Positions 17,154 to 27,013 of a stretch of 64,000 nucleotides of DNA are shown here, one piece after another (the first letter of the stretch is position 1; each line of letters starts with the position of its first letter). The stretch lies in the NCBI GenBank assembly GCA_037130265.1, contig JBAXTI010000001.1, positions 32,418-96,417 of the forward strand. The letters run 5' to 3'. This stretch comes from a bacterium. GTDB lineage: Bacteria > Patescibacteriota > Minisyncoccia > Phycocordibacterales > JBBTRF01. The position numbers and the translations under genes were made by a program. The notes below the pieces were generated by a model. The model was not told the origin of the DNA. It was given only the letters and a program-made list of their open reading frames with translations, and did no database searches.

Positions 17154-19076
17154 CTAACGCAGGACAGATAAAATGAGTGCTTTGGCTTTTTCTGTCGAGT
17201 CATTTTCGCCAACAAGCATCACTTCCCCGTTGTCTGAAACATCGATATTTTGTAAACCAGATTGTTTTTTGATGCCATTGATGGTTTTTCCGCCTGGGCC
17301 AATGAGGATGCCGATGTGTCGTTGGTCGATCAGCATTTTTTCAATGCGAGGAGCGTAAGGTGAGAGTCGTGCCCGTGGCGTGGCAATTGCCTTCTCCATT
17401 GTTTTCAGTATTTGCAACCGAGCAACTCGTGCACGCTCTAATGCTTCGACGAGTAATGCTACGGGCATCCCCTCGGTCTTAATATCCATTTGTACTGCGG
17501 TAATGCCTACTGTTGTGCCGGCCACTTTGAAATCCATGTCGCCATAGTGGTCTTCCGGCCCCTGAATGTCAGTGAGAAGAACGTATTTTAGAAATGCTTG
17601 ACCATGTTGGTCTTTTTCAATGCGTGTCATGGCGCCACAAGAGATACCCGCCACTTGTCGGGTAATAGGTACCCCACCATCCATGAGTGCCAATGTTGAG
17701 GCGCAGACCGATGCCATGGAAGTCGAACCGTTGGATGAAAATGCTTCGGAGACAAGGCGAATGGTGTATGGAAACTGTGCTTTTGTCGGGAGTACCGCTG
17801 CAAAAGATTTTTCGACGAGGGCGCCATGGCCGATCATGCGGCGATTGGTGCCGCCAAGTTTTCCTGTTTCACCCGTCGAAAATGGTGGAAAGTTGTAGTG
17901 ATGAATAAACTGCTTACCTTCATCATCGGCAGAGTGCTCGCCTTCAATGATTTGCCCTTCGTGGGGTCCGCCGAGCGTGAGTGCGGTAAAGATGTGGGTT
18001 TGTCCGCGATAGAAGAGTCCTGAGCCATGGAGCCGAGGCGAAATACCGCCAGCTTCAGCAAAAAGAGGACGAATATCGGTGAGTTTGCGTCCGTCGGTGC
18101 GTCTCCCCCGCTCGATTGCTTCTGCATGAATTGTTTCATTTACTGCTTCTTCGAAAAGGGCGCTTGCCAATAGGCGAATATTCGAGAATTTTGTGTTGCT
18201 GCCGCTGCCGACAGTATTTCCAGTGAGGATACTTTCAGCGGTCGCGAGCCATTCACTACGCAGAGCATCCATGTGTGAATCCCCTGCACTGCCAGTAAAT
18301 AGTCGCTGAACAAGCTTTGGCGCAATTTCACTCGTGAAAGTGTTGCGAAGCGTCGATGGTATTGCCATCGCTTCTATCACGCGCTTCTCTACCCCAATCT
18401 CCCGGATAATTTTTGCCTGAAATGCTTCGATTCGGCTGACCTCCTTCTGTGCGGCGGCGAGTGCGTCAGACACCTCTTTTTCACTGAGCTCGCTTGGATT
18501 TTTTGTTGCCAGGCCGGCAGCATCCGTAGACGCTACTTTTGTGGAACACTCAATCATGTTCAATGTTCCACTTTTGCCGCAGGCGACGAGTTTGAATCGA
18601 TCTGTTTCGACAAGCGAGGCCCCAACAGGACCACTCCATGGAATATTTGAAGTGCTGAGTGCGAGGGATGCGGCAATCACCGCGAGACACGGCATCCGGT
18701 CGGTGTCGGCAGGGTCTGTTGCCAAGGTGGTGATCACTACCTGTATTTCGTTGCGAATATGTTCGGCAAAAAGCGGACGAATGGTCCTGTCGACCACGCG
18801 TCCGCACAGTATTGCCGCGTCGGAAGACTTCCCTTCGCGCCGCTGATATCGATTGCCCAGGATTTTTCCAACTGCGTAGTATCGCTCTTGATACTCAACA
18901 GTGAGCGGCAGAAAATCTGCCGATTCCTTTTTGTATTCCGACATCACGGCTGTCGCGAGGAGTGCAGTGGTGCCGTACCGAAGGATAACTGAGCCATTTG
19001 CACGCTCAGCGAGCGTTGTAAATGATGCGGTAAGCGTCTTGTTTTCGATGGAAAGAGAAAAGTCTCTCTTGGTCAT
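17154..19076 (-). CDS. pnp: polyribonucleotide nucleotidyltransferase (PNPase)
   Basis: Two RNase PH domains and a KH domain (IGPGGKTINGIKKQSG). Short C-terminus after the KH. Confidence 0.9.
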   Translation of the reverse strand: MTKRDFSLSIENKTLTASFTTLAERANGSVILRYGTTALLATAVMSEYKKESADFLPLTVEYQERYYAVGKILGNRYQRREGKSSDAAILCGRVVDRTIRPLFAEHIRNEIQVVITTLATDPADTDRMPCLAVIAASLALSTSNIPWSGPVGASLVETDRFKLVACGKSGTLNMIECSTKVASTDAAGLATKNPSELSEKEVSDALAAAQKEVSRIEAFQAKIIREIGVEKRVIEAMAIPSTLRNTFTSEIAPKLVQRLFTGSAGDSHMDALRSEWLATAESILTGNTVGSGSNTKFSNIRLLASALFEEAVNETIHAEAIERGRRTDGRKLTDIRPLFAEAGGISPRLHGSGLFYRGQTHIFTALTLGGPHEGQIIEGEHSADDEGKQFIHHYNFPPFSTGETGKLGGTNRRMIGHGALVEKSFAAVLPTKAQFPYTIRLVSEAFSSNGSTSMASVCASTLALMDGGVPITRQVAGISCGAMTRIEKDQHGQAFLKYVLLTDIQGPEDHYGDMDFKVAGTTVGITAVQMDIKTEGMPVALLVEALERARVARLQILKTMEKAIATPRARLSPYAPRIEKMLIDQRHIGILIGPGGKTINGIKKQSGLQNIDVSDNGEVMLVGENDSTEKAKALILSVLR

Positions 19077-19080
19077 CCTT

Positions 19081-19776
19081 CTATTGTATCACTGGTCCGT
19101 CGTTTTCCGCTCGGGAATGTTCCGGAGACGGAGTGGTTGCTGCATTGTCCAAAATAGTATTGTTCACGTCTGAGTGGGTACGATTGAGATGTGGTCGATT
19201 GTCGCTAGCTGCCGCACCACGTCCTCTGCCGCCGCGTAGTCCGCGACCACCACCTCGTGTGGCAGTGCCGGCACCGATGAGGTACTTGCGAGCATTGGTG
19301 TCGAGGTCGATGAATTCGTCCACTGCTTCCTTCAGCTTGAGTGAGCTAGATCGGCCGAATGAGACGACTTCCACCTGACATCCTTCATTCATCTGGAGGT
19401 ATTCGACGAGTGGCACGAAGTCGCCATCACCGGTCACGAGGATCACGGTGTCGAGCTTCGGTGCCATTTTGATCGCGTCTACTGCAAGACCCACGTCCCA
19501 ATCGGCTTTCTTGCTGCCGCCAGCGAAGATCTGGAGGTCTTTGGTCTTCGCCTCGATACCCATTTTAGTGAGTGCTTCGAAAAAGGCTGACTCTTCCCCG
19601 CTCTCCGTGGTGATCACGTAGGCGATGGCGCGAATGAGGGCTCGGCCCGCGAGTGCGTCTCGCACTACCTGTCCGAAATTGACTCGAGCCTGGTAGAGAT
19701 TCTTGGCTGAGTGATAGAGATTTTGTGCATCGATAAAAATACCGACACGCTGTTCTTTGTGTTTAATGACTGTCAT
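19081..19776 (-). CDS. NYN domain (LabA-like) protein with Gly/Arg-rich tail
   Basis: Starts VGIFIDAQNLYHS...VILVTGDGDFVPLV, the NYN/LabA signature. Confidence 0.8.
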   Translation of the reverse strand: MTVIKHKEQRVGIFIDAQNLYHSAKNLYQARVNFGQVVRDALAGRALIRAIAYVITTESGEESAFFEALTKMGIEAKTKDLQIFAGGSKKADWDVGLAVDAIKMAPKLDTVILVTGDGDFVPLVEYLQMNEGCQVEVVSFGRSSSLKLKEAVDEFIDLDTNARKYLIGAGTATRGGGRGLRGGRGRGAAASDNRPHLNRTHSDVNNTILDNAATTPSPEHSRAENDGPVIQ

Positions 19777-19964
19777 AAAAATAAATTAACTGCTACTAAA
19801 GTATACCGTATATCGGCACACATGACTGCTGATGATTGCTAGAGAAAAAAGCGAAAACGAAGTGAAAGGGCACGAATGCCAAAACATATGAAAATGGTCG
19901 ATGGAGTCAAAAAGACAAAAGAGAGAAAAGAAGAACGAGGCTTTTCGCCCCGTTTCTCGCCGTA

Positions 19965-20243
19965 TTAGGCCTTCTTGGTCTGCTTGAGGTCGAGCTTCTT
20001 CATTAAACTGTTGTATCGCTTGGTGTCCTTCTTCTGGAGGTACTTCATGTGGTTCTGTCGATCAGCAACCATCTGGAGGAGACCTCGTCGAGAGTGTCGG
20101 TCCTTTGCGTGCTTCTTCAAATGGCCAGCCAATTCTTCAATTCGCTTGGTCAAAATGGAAATCTGCGCCTCAGGAGAGCCAGTATCCGTGTCGTGGAGCT
20201 GGACTGCTTTGAGTATCTTGGCTTTTTTCGTTGAAGTAATCAT
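19965..20243 (-). CDS. rpsO: 30S ribosomal protein S15
   Basis: Reads MITSTKKAKI...HLKKHAKDRHSRRGLLQMVADRQNHMKYL. Start taken at the internal ATG (20243). The track ORF extends to a spurious upstream start. Confidence 0.85.
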   Translation of the reverse strand: MITSTKKAKILKAVQLHDTDTGSPEAQISILTKRIEELAGHLKKHAKDRHSRRGLLQMVADRQNHMKYLQKKDTKRYNSLMKKLDLKQTKKA

Positions 20244-20400
20244 CCCAAATAGGATAGCATGAAAGCCTAAAAAATGCAAGGGTTGAGCGACAAAGCGGCT
20301 GTTTCAGGAGTAAATTTCGTTTTTAAACGGCCTACATAAAGGCTGGTTCCGAAAATGGGCTTGTCGGCGGGATATTGTGCGACATTGGTGGGTAGTCGCG

Positions 20401-20418
20401 TGATATAATTGAGCGATC
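20401..20418 (+). promoter_or_regulatory. extended -10 promoter (TGATATAAT) abutting the xerC start codon, implying a near-leaderless transcript
   Basis: TGATATAAT at 20401-20409. ATG at 20419. Confidence 0.35.
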
Positions 20419-21411
20419 ATGTCCGACCTCCATCAGCTCAAGCGCGAGTTTCTCGAGTACACCGAGATCGAAAAGGGTCGCAGTTTGAAAACGGTGGCCA
20501 ACTACGAGCGTTATTTGGATCGATTTTTGTCATACAGCAAGCTGAAGGATCCTGCGGGAGTGACGGACGATGTGTTGCGAGAATATCGATTGTGGCTCAA
20601 TCGACAGGCGGCAACGAAGACCCGCGACGGGCGCGTGGCCACAACGCTGAAAAAGAAGAGTCAGAACTACTATTTGATCGCGCTGAGGTCTTTTTTGAAA
20701 TATTGCGCCCGTCGCGGGGTGAAATCATTGGCTCCGGAGCGTATTGAGCTCGCCAAGGTGGCTGAACGTTCACTAGATTTGATCAGTGCCGACGAACTCA
20801 AACGATTGATGCATGCCGCCGATGATGCGGCCAACAAGGGCGACTTGAAAGGTTTGCGTGACAAGGCGATGATGGAGCTACTCTTCTCTACTGGTCTACG
20901 TGTGTCTGAGCTCTGTTCCCTCTCGCGCGATCTCGATCTCCGAGCAGACGAATTTTCTGTGCGAGGCAAGGGTGAGAAGGTGCGCGTCGTCTTTTTGTCC
21001 GAGTCGGCGCGCCAGGCGGTGAAGAAATACCTCGATAAGCGCGTCGACATGGACGACGCGCTATTTGTCCAGGCTGCAGGACCAATTGGCTTGAAAAAAT
21101 GGAAGGAAGATAAGGCTTCGAAGGACAAAAAGGCTGGCAAAAAGGATTTTGGCTCGAACACCACACGCCTCACTGCCCGCTCGGTGGAACGCATCGTCAA
21201 ACATTATGGAGTGAAGGCCGGTATTTCAAAAAAAGTTACTCCGCACGTAATTCGCCACTCCTTTGCCACCGACCTCCTCCAGAACGGTGCTGATCTTCGC
21301 TCTGTGCAGATGCTCCTCGGTCACGCCAACATCGGTACCACCCAGATCTACACACACGTCACAGACAAGCAGCTCCGCGAGGTACACAAGAAGTTTCATA
21401 ATCGGAAGTAA
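20419..21411 (+). CDS. xerC: tyrosine site-specific recombinase XerC/XerD family
   Basis: The C-terminal catalytic region (HVIRHSFATDLLQNGADLRSVQMLLGHANIGTTQIYTHV) and the N-terminal SAM-like domain are typical of Xer recombinases. Confidence 0.85.
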   Translation: MSDLHQLKREFLEYTEIEKGRSLKTVANYERYLDRFLSYSKLKDPAGVTDDVLREYRLWLNRQAATKTRDGRVATTLKKKSQNYYLIALRSFLKYCARRGVKSLAPERIELAKVAERSLDLISADELKRLMHAADDAANKGDLKGLRDKAMMELLFSTGLRVSELCSLSRDLDLRADEFSVRGKGEKVRVVFLSESARQAVKKYLDKRVDMDDALFVQAAGPIGLKKWKEDKASKDKKAGKKDFGSNTTRLTARSVERIVKHYGVKAGISKKVTPHVIRHSFATDLLQNGADLRSVQMLLGHANIGTTQIYTHVTDKQLREVHKKFHNRK

Positions 21412-21500
21412 TCTCCCGTAGCAGTGTAAATAGCGAGGAAGAGATAGGTGCGATATGCTTTGGGTACGTTATTACATTACATATATAATCCACGAACACT

Positions 21501-21983
21501 ATGGCAATTGAAGGAGAAGAAAGAAGTTTCGAACAGAGTGACGTGACGTCTCTCGATGCGGTCCGGCGAGAAGTTGCTGAAAAATTTGATAATAACCCAG
21601 AAGGCGCGTATCAAACGCTCAAGCGGTATCTTGATGCTGCGATAGATAAGCGAAGGGCTTCGCTCAAGCAAGGTCTTCTCTCAAACCCTGATATTTCCGC
21701 AGACGATTCCCTTGCCTTTGATGACTTGGTAAACGAGGCTCTGCGTCGCGCCTGTGCCGATGATGTGGAGATTGCTGGTATCACCGACGATATGCGTGCT
21801 ATTCGGAAAGCGCAGGCTGTAGAGGCTGCAAATGAGAAGCGAGCACGAAATGGTGAGGTGGAGGAGTCGAATCTGCAAGCGGCAATCGCAAAACTGCGCG
21901 ATTTTCGAGACAATCTTGAGAGGCTCGGGCTCGACACTGTTCAGGAGGATGCCGCGCTGGCTTCTTTGAAGCGGGTGAAATAA
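21501..21983 (+). CDS. hypothetical acidic helical protein
   Basis: 160 aa ORF downstream of xerC. No recognisable domain. Confidence 0.4.
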   Translation: MAIEGEERSFEQSDVTSLDAVRREVAEKFDNNPEGAYQTLKRYLDAAIDKRRASLKQGLLSNPDISADDSLAFDDLVNEALRRACADDVEIAGITDDMRAIRKAQAVEAANEKRARNGEVEESNLQAAIAKLRDFRDNLERLGLDTVQEDAALASLKRVK

Positions 21984-22007
21984 TTTCCGCAACAAAACGA
22001 TCTGCGA

Positions 22008-22037
22008 GAAAAAGGCGCACTAGTTGCGCTTTTTTCT
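22008..22037. terminator. bidirectional rho-independent terminator candidate
   Basis: AAAAAGGCGCACTAGTTGCGCTTTTTT, a GC stem flanked by an A-run and a T-run. Lies between convergent genes. Confidence 0.5.
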
Positions 22038-23357
22038 TTACTTTGCAATAACACTTCCCTCAAAAGCAGTTCCAATCATTGTCGAGCCACCGAACTTAAT
22101 TCCCCCCACAGAAGAGCTCCCTGCTGGCATCGTCACATTTATTGTGCAAGCATTACGACCAAGTCCTGTTCGGTTGACTACAGAACCTCCCCACGAGTTC
22201 ACCAAAGAACAGTCAAGGTCTTGTGCTCCATGATTGCTGGAGTTAGAAATGGTTCGTTTTGATGCAATAAAATTTGCTGAGGCTACTACCTGTGATGCAG
22301 GTGCTTTATCGAGTTTAATCCAGAAAGAATTTGAAATTATTTCCGAAGGGCGACTGCGTTGATATGTTGTACCACTCACATGTTGTTCCGTGTAATGCCC
22401 AGCTGATAAATTACCGTTCATTTGCTCAGCATCACTAGTGCCTGTATCTATCCCCACTTCTGGTTTGCTCGTGAGGAGTGTCTGTACTACTGCTCCCCCA
22501 TTGTTTACATCCATTTGATATAGTTTTCTCGTACCGCCGCTAAGAATGTCGTCCTTCACTGTTCCACCGACTGTTTCAAGGCACTGTATCTGTCTCCCGT
22601 TTGTGCGACTGACATAGGTGGTTTTGTATGATGAGGAGTAGTTGTAAGTGCCGTCATGGTCTGAATCATCAAGTTGAATTTGGACAAAAGTACTTATCGG
22701 CAAAAATGGTTTAATCACAATCCCTACACAAGTCGACGCAGGAAATGGGCCGTTTAGTCCTGGAGCAACCTTCGTGATGAGAACATTAAGTGGTCCGAAG
22801 ACGCCATTATTTGGTCCGCCGTCAAATTCTGCATAGTCGTACCTCATGTCATTTCCATAAGAAAACTTTTCCGGAAAGATCTTGCCGTTTATTATCTGGG
22901 GTAAAACGACAACACCCGTGCCTTTGTCATTGTAGCTGTAGCTCGTGAGGTTAAATGTTCCAGGACCAGTGATTGTGGGGCCAGCAGGCTGAACCTGTAC
23001 GGTGTCGGAGGTTGTCAGTTTAATACTACTCAAAGCGCAAATTGTGTTTGCTGGAGAATCAAACATCTGTGTCGGAGCACCTTTCCTCGCAGTAATAATT
23101 ACCGGAGAATTACCGCATGTTGTGCTGCCGAGTTTCCCGTCTTTTGCGTCTGAGTGATGATGCATTGTTCCAATAGGGATGTTGCCGCTAGATGCCATTG
23201 TTGACGCCTCTATTACCGCAGCCGGTTGACCCATTTCACCCACGGCCCCCTTATTGTTTGTCCACTGGAGTGTAACCAGTGTCAATATCCCAGCAACCAC
23301 AACGATGAGGCCTGTTTGCAAGAGAGACTTCCCAACCTTTTTGTTTTTTGGAATCAT
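22038..23357 (-). CDS. hypothetical membrane-anchored extracellular protein
   Basis: 439 aa with an N-terminal TM anchor and a G/T/S-rich beta-type composition. No recognisable domain. Confidence 0.5.
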   Translation of the reverse strand: MIPKNKKVGKSLLQTGLIVVVAGILTLVTLQWTNNKGAVGEMGQPAAVIEASTMASSGNIPIGTMHHHSDAKDGKLGSTTCGNSPVIITARKGAPTQMFDSPANTICALSSIKLTTSDTVQVQPAGPTITGPGTFNLTSYSYNDKGTGVVVLPQIINGKIFPEKFSYGNDMRYDYAEFDGGPNNGVFGPLNVLITKVAPGLNGPFPASTCVGIVIKPFLPISTFVQIQLDDSDHDGTYNYSSSYKTTYVSRTNGRQIQCLETVGGTVKDDILSGGTRKLYQMDVNNGGAVVQTLLTSKPEVGIDTGTSDAEQMNGNLSAGHYTEQHVSGTTYQRSRPSEIISNSFWIKLDKAPASQVVASANFIASKRTISNSSNHGAQDLDCSLVNSWGGSVVNRTGLGRNACTINVTMPAGSSSVGGIKFGGSTMIGTAFEGSVIAK

Positions 23358-23680
23358 GATGAGTATATATTAACATACAGATTAAGTGTCGACAGCTAAT
23401 GGATTAGTGGGATAATGTTCCAGACTTGTGACATCCGCTGTCTCTGCTGAGCTGAACGAAGTATGTTGTTTGGAGGTTGTCGACCTACTGTCGATGGCTG
23501 TTCGGTCCACTCCACTCCCCATCATTCGTTGAGGCTGATCGCATCGAGCATTCTTTATAGTAGATCCGCTACATCCCCACACCCCCCCCCGCCAATTTGG
23601 CCGGGGTGTTTTATATTCAAAAATCACCAGAGGCTCGGAAAGATTTTGCGTTCCTTCCTTTTTCCGCTACACTTCCCTAC

Positions 23681-24475
23681 ATGCGAATCATCTCCTGGAA
23701 TGTGAACGGTATCCGTGCGGTGCATAAAAAGGGACTATTTGTGCCGTTTATCGAAAAATATCAACCGGATATTCTTTGTTTGCAGGAAACGAAAGCACAG
23801 GAGGAGCAGTCTGATGTGGATTTGGCTGAATACAGTGAATATTGGAACTCTGCGGTGAAGAAGGGCTATTCTGGCACGGCAATTTTCACCAAGGAGAAGC
23901 CGCTGGCAGTGCTCAATGGCTTGCCCGAGGCTATTGTGAAGAAACACGGCCTCTGTGCGGATGAGTATGGCGACCCCTTGAGCGAAGGTCGTGTCATTGC
24001 TGCTGAGTATGCTGATTTTTATGTGGTCACTGTCTATACGCCGAATGCCAAGGATGATTTAAGTCGTGTGCCGTTGCGTCACAAGCAATGGGACCCCGCT
24101 TTTCTTTCATACTGCAAGCTGCTCGAGAATAAAAAGCCGGTGATCTTCTGCGGCGATCTCAACGTGGCTCATACTCCAGATGACCTCGCTCGTCCAAAGG
24201 AGAATGTTGGCCTGAAGGGTTTTACCGATGAGGAGCGCGCTGGTTTTCAGGCTTTTGTCGATGCTGGATTCGTCGACACCTTCCGCGTCTTTCACAAAGG
24301 CAACGGTTTCTATACTTGGTGGTCCCATTTTGCCAATGCCCGAGAGAGAAATGTTGGTTGGCGTATTGATTATGTGTTGATCTCCCCTGCCCTGCTGCCA
24401 CGTTTGAAAGTCGCCGAGATTCTTCCCGAAGTGATGGGGTCTGATCACTGTCCGGTGATGGTTGAGGTGGAATAG
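23681..24475 (+). CDS. xth: exodeoxyribonuclease III
   Basis: MRIISWNVNGIRA...CLQETK...GDLNVAH...WWS...SDHCPV, the ExoIII/APE family signature. Start taken at the internal ATG (23681). Confidence 0.85.
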   Translation: MRIISWNVNGIRAVHKKGLFVPFIEKYQPDILCLQETKAQEEQSDVDLAEYSEYWNSAVKKGYSGTAIFTKEKPLAVLNGLPEAIVKKHGLCADEYGDPLSEGRVIAAEYADFYVVTVYTPNAKDDLSRVPLRHKQWDPAFLSYCKLLENKKPVIFCGDLNVAHTPDDLARPKENVGLKGFTDEERAGFQAFVDAGFVDTFRVFHKGNGFYTWWSHFANARERNVGWRIDYVLISPALLPRLKVAEILPEVMGSDHCPVMVEVE

Positions 24476-24539
24476 CAAAAAGAAAAAGACGAAGTCTGCG
24501 GAGTTAGAAGGTATAAAAACAAAGCGGCGTCCGTGGGGC

Positions 24540-25145
24540 GCCGCTCTTCGTTTCGTATGGGCAAGAGGGGTCTAGTCTCTGCAGTGAATGGGTGCATGTG
24601 ATGGTTCTCGAGAACCTGCACGCAGCGCGAGTATCCACAAGGGACTTCGGGGGATGCAGGCCTTTTTTTTCGCGCCTACAGGCTTCTTTACGAGTTTTTT
24701 CGCCATAGTATCCTCCAGTGTTGACCGACTACGACTAATTGTACGCTGGATAAAGGACACAACAAGTAAGTTATCCACAGTATGTCCTTTACAGCATTTT
24801 ATAAAGGACATACAATCATCTCAGGCCAGAAATTCAATGGGACAAAACAGATTGGGAACCAAGGTCCGAATCTCACCCAGAACTGGCAAATGTTCTTCTA
24901 CAACTAACGAGTAACAACGCTCGTAATCTAGAAGACCAAACGGAACTCTAAGAGACATTTTGAAGTCGTCAATCGCAGCGCACAAGTATCCTTCTACAAC
25001 CTTTTTAAGTCCTTTAAGGACTAATTTAACCAAAGAAGGCGATCACTTTCGCAGCAGAATCAACTTCATTTTCAGTCTCAACACTGTTCGTAGCGGTCTT
25101 CGAACCGCATACAGTACTCTCGCTGTGGCGGTTTTTTTGTTTGTA
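24540..25145 (+). other. ~600 nt ORF-free structured region, candidate ncRNA locus; identity unresolved
   Basis: No convincing ORF. Nested perfect hairpin GTGCA...GGTTCTCGAGAACC...TGCAC at ~24592-24628. TAAAGGACA/TGTCCTTTA motif at 24751, 24783, 24802 and 25008. Terminator-like hairpins plus a T-run at ~25095-25145. Confidence 0.25.
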
Positions 25146-25185
25146 TAAAACACCAAAACGTTGATATTTGTACTCTCTTTTCCCT

Positions 25186-26658
25186 CTATTCAACCCAGTG
25201 TTTCTTGCGGATTTCAGCTACCACTTCTTCATCAGCCTGCATTTTGGAGTCTTTTCCGGCAGCACCGAGCTTTCGGAGGTCAGCTTCAGGCAAGAGAGCT
25301 AGCTTTTGAGCCTTTTCTTTCAGATATTCGGCTGTATTTAGCTGAGGATCCTCAAGCACTTCCTCTAGGAGGGCATGCAAAATGAAGCCGATCATTGGTC
25401 CTGGTACCAAACCGAGGTCTTTTATCAGAATTCCGCCGTTGATTTTCAACATTCCCACTGAAATTGGGTCGCGCAAGGCCTCTTCAATCATCGCGTGATA
25501 CTTTCGAAGGCGATACGGGTTCTCTTTTGGTCGTCCGGTGCCGATACGATCGCAGATTCGGACATTCATGAGGTCCCAAATATCCTCCTTCCCCACGTTA
25601 TTCACCATTCGACGCACGGCAGAAAGGCTAATCTGTTCGGTATCACTGAAAAACATGTGCCAACGCACGAGTTTAGTGACTTTTTCGATAATATTGTTGG
25701 AGTACTTGAGTCTTTCAAGGATTTTCTTGGTTACACGTGAACCAATCACCTCGTGGCCATAGAAGGTCCACTCCCCTTTTGGCCCCTTCCGGCGAGTCTC
25801 TGGCTTTGAAATGTCGTGAAACAGAGCCGCGATACGGATTTCAAGTGGCCATTTCTTGTCAGCAGCATGCTGCATTGATCGAAGAAGGTGTTCCCAGACG
25901 GTATAGGCATGGGCCTGGTTTTGCTCGATGCCGATGGCAAGCTCGAGTTCGGGGGTGATATATTTCAAAATACCCATGTTTTGAGCCATCACGATACCCT
26001 TCATTGGCTCCGCAGACATGAGGATTCGGTTGAACTCATCGCGAATTCGCTCCTGGGAGATGTTTTTCAGCATATGGACATCGGCACGGATCGCATTTTC
26101 AGTGTCCTTTACAATGCTAAAATCATGCTCAGTCGCAATTCGTACTGCGCGCAAGATACGAAGTGCATCTTCCTTGAAACGCTCGTCTGCGTTGCCTACA
26201 GCTCGAATGGTGCGAGCTTTTAGGTCGTCCTGTCCATTAAAGAGATCCACAATCTCCCCTTTTGAACTGATTGCAATCGCATTGAAGGTAAAATCACGGC
26301 GTCTGAGATCGTCTTCGATGTTTTTGCTGAAGGTCACGTGGTCCGGGCGGCGACCATCTGAATATTCTGCCTCGAGTCGGAATGGTGTCACCTCAACTAC
26401 CTTGAGCGTCTCGTCAATCCCATCTTCCTTGTTCACGACGCCCACTGTTCCAAAGGTATTTTCGTAAAAAGTGTCAGGAAAGAGTGCGATGATCTGCTCC
26501 GGAGTCGCATCAGTGGTCACGTCCCAATCCTTCGGTTTCTTTCCAATCAATAAGTCGCGCACGCAACCACCTACTAAGAAAGCCTTATAATTAGCCTTTT
26601 CTAGCGTCTCTGTGACACGTGAAACTTCTTTTGGAATCGAAAAGGAGGTGTTTTTCAT
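25186..26658 (-). CDS. cca: CCA-adding tRNA nucleotidyltransferase with HD domain
   Basis: Pol-beta nucleotidyltransferase head (GGCVRDLLIGKKPKDWD...RRDFTFNAIA) and a C-terminal HD domain (HDISKP). Confidence 0.85.
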   Translation of the reverse strand: MKNTSFSIPKEVSRVTETLEKANYKAFLVGGCVRDLLIGKKPKDWDVTTDATPEQIIALFPDTFYENTFGTVGVVNKEDGIDETLKVVEVTPFRLEAEYSDGRRPDHVTFSKNIEDDLRRRDFTFNAIAISSKGEIVDLFNGQDDLKARTIRAVGNADERFKEDALRILRAVRIATEHDFSIVKDTENAIRADVHMLKNISQERIRDEFNRILMSAEPMKGIVMAQNMGILKYITPELELAIGIEQNQAHAYTVWEHLLRSMQHAADKKWPLEIRIAALFHDISKPETRRKGPKGEWTFYGHEVIGSRVTKKILERLKYSNNIIEKVTKLVRWHMFFSDTEQISLSAVRRMVNNVGKEDIWDLMNVRICDRIGTGRPKENPYRLRKYHAMIEEALRDPISVGMLKINGGILIKDLGLVPGPMIGFILHALLEEVLEDPQLNTAEYLKEKAQKLALLPEADLRKLGAAGKDSKMQADEEVVAEIRKKHWVE

Positions 26659-26772
26659 AATGTGTAAGAGGAAAGGCGGCGAGCAAACAGAACTGTTCCC
26701 TCTCGGATTTGTCTCTATATTTTAGTATAGCTTTTGTGTTTTAGCTAATTTTAGAGTATGATGCATTTGTTT

Positions 26773-26844
26773 GCACCTATAGTGAAACGGATATCACAAC
26801 GGTCTTCGGAACCGTTAGTTCAGGTTCGAGTCCTGATGGGTGCA
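26773..26844 (+). tRNA. tRNA-Arg (anticodon TCG)
   Basis: Manual cloverleaf: acceptor GCACCTA/TGGGTGC, anticodon stem ACGGT/ACCGT with loop CTTCGGA, T-arm TCAGG-TTCGAGT-CCTGA. Confidence 0.75.
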
Positions 26845-26942
26845 CCTGTAGCGCGTCGCCTCTATCCCCTTTGCGGGAGATATGTGCTCGACCAACACGG
26901 ACTTGTTGAATTTTTTCACAAGTGAGGTAAAATAGTCGCATT

Positions 26943-27013
26943 GCGGTCATGGTTTAGTGGTAGAACACGACCTTGCCAAGGTTGAGATGAGAGTTCGATT
27001 CTCTCTGACCGCA
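26943..27013 (+). tRNA. tRNA-Gly (anticodon GCC)
   Basis: Acceptor GCGGTCA/TGACCGC, anticodon arm CGACC-TTGCCAA-GGTTG, T-loop TTCGATT. Confidence 0.8.

Noticed and set aside
24540-25145. Attempt to assign the non-coding region to tmRNA or RNase P RNA; also small ORFs 24572..24811(-), 24588..24914(+), 24821..25033(-)
   Set aside because: No tRNA-like T-arm/acceptor pairing (GGTTCGAnTCC...CCA) and no tag-peptide frame ending in AA-stop were found. No P4 or CR-I RNase P consensus (AAAGTCCGG/ACAGAA...CCGGCTTA) either. The small ORFs have no RBS, promoter or codon-usage support and overlap palindromic motifs. Left as an unassigned candidate ncRNA.
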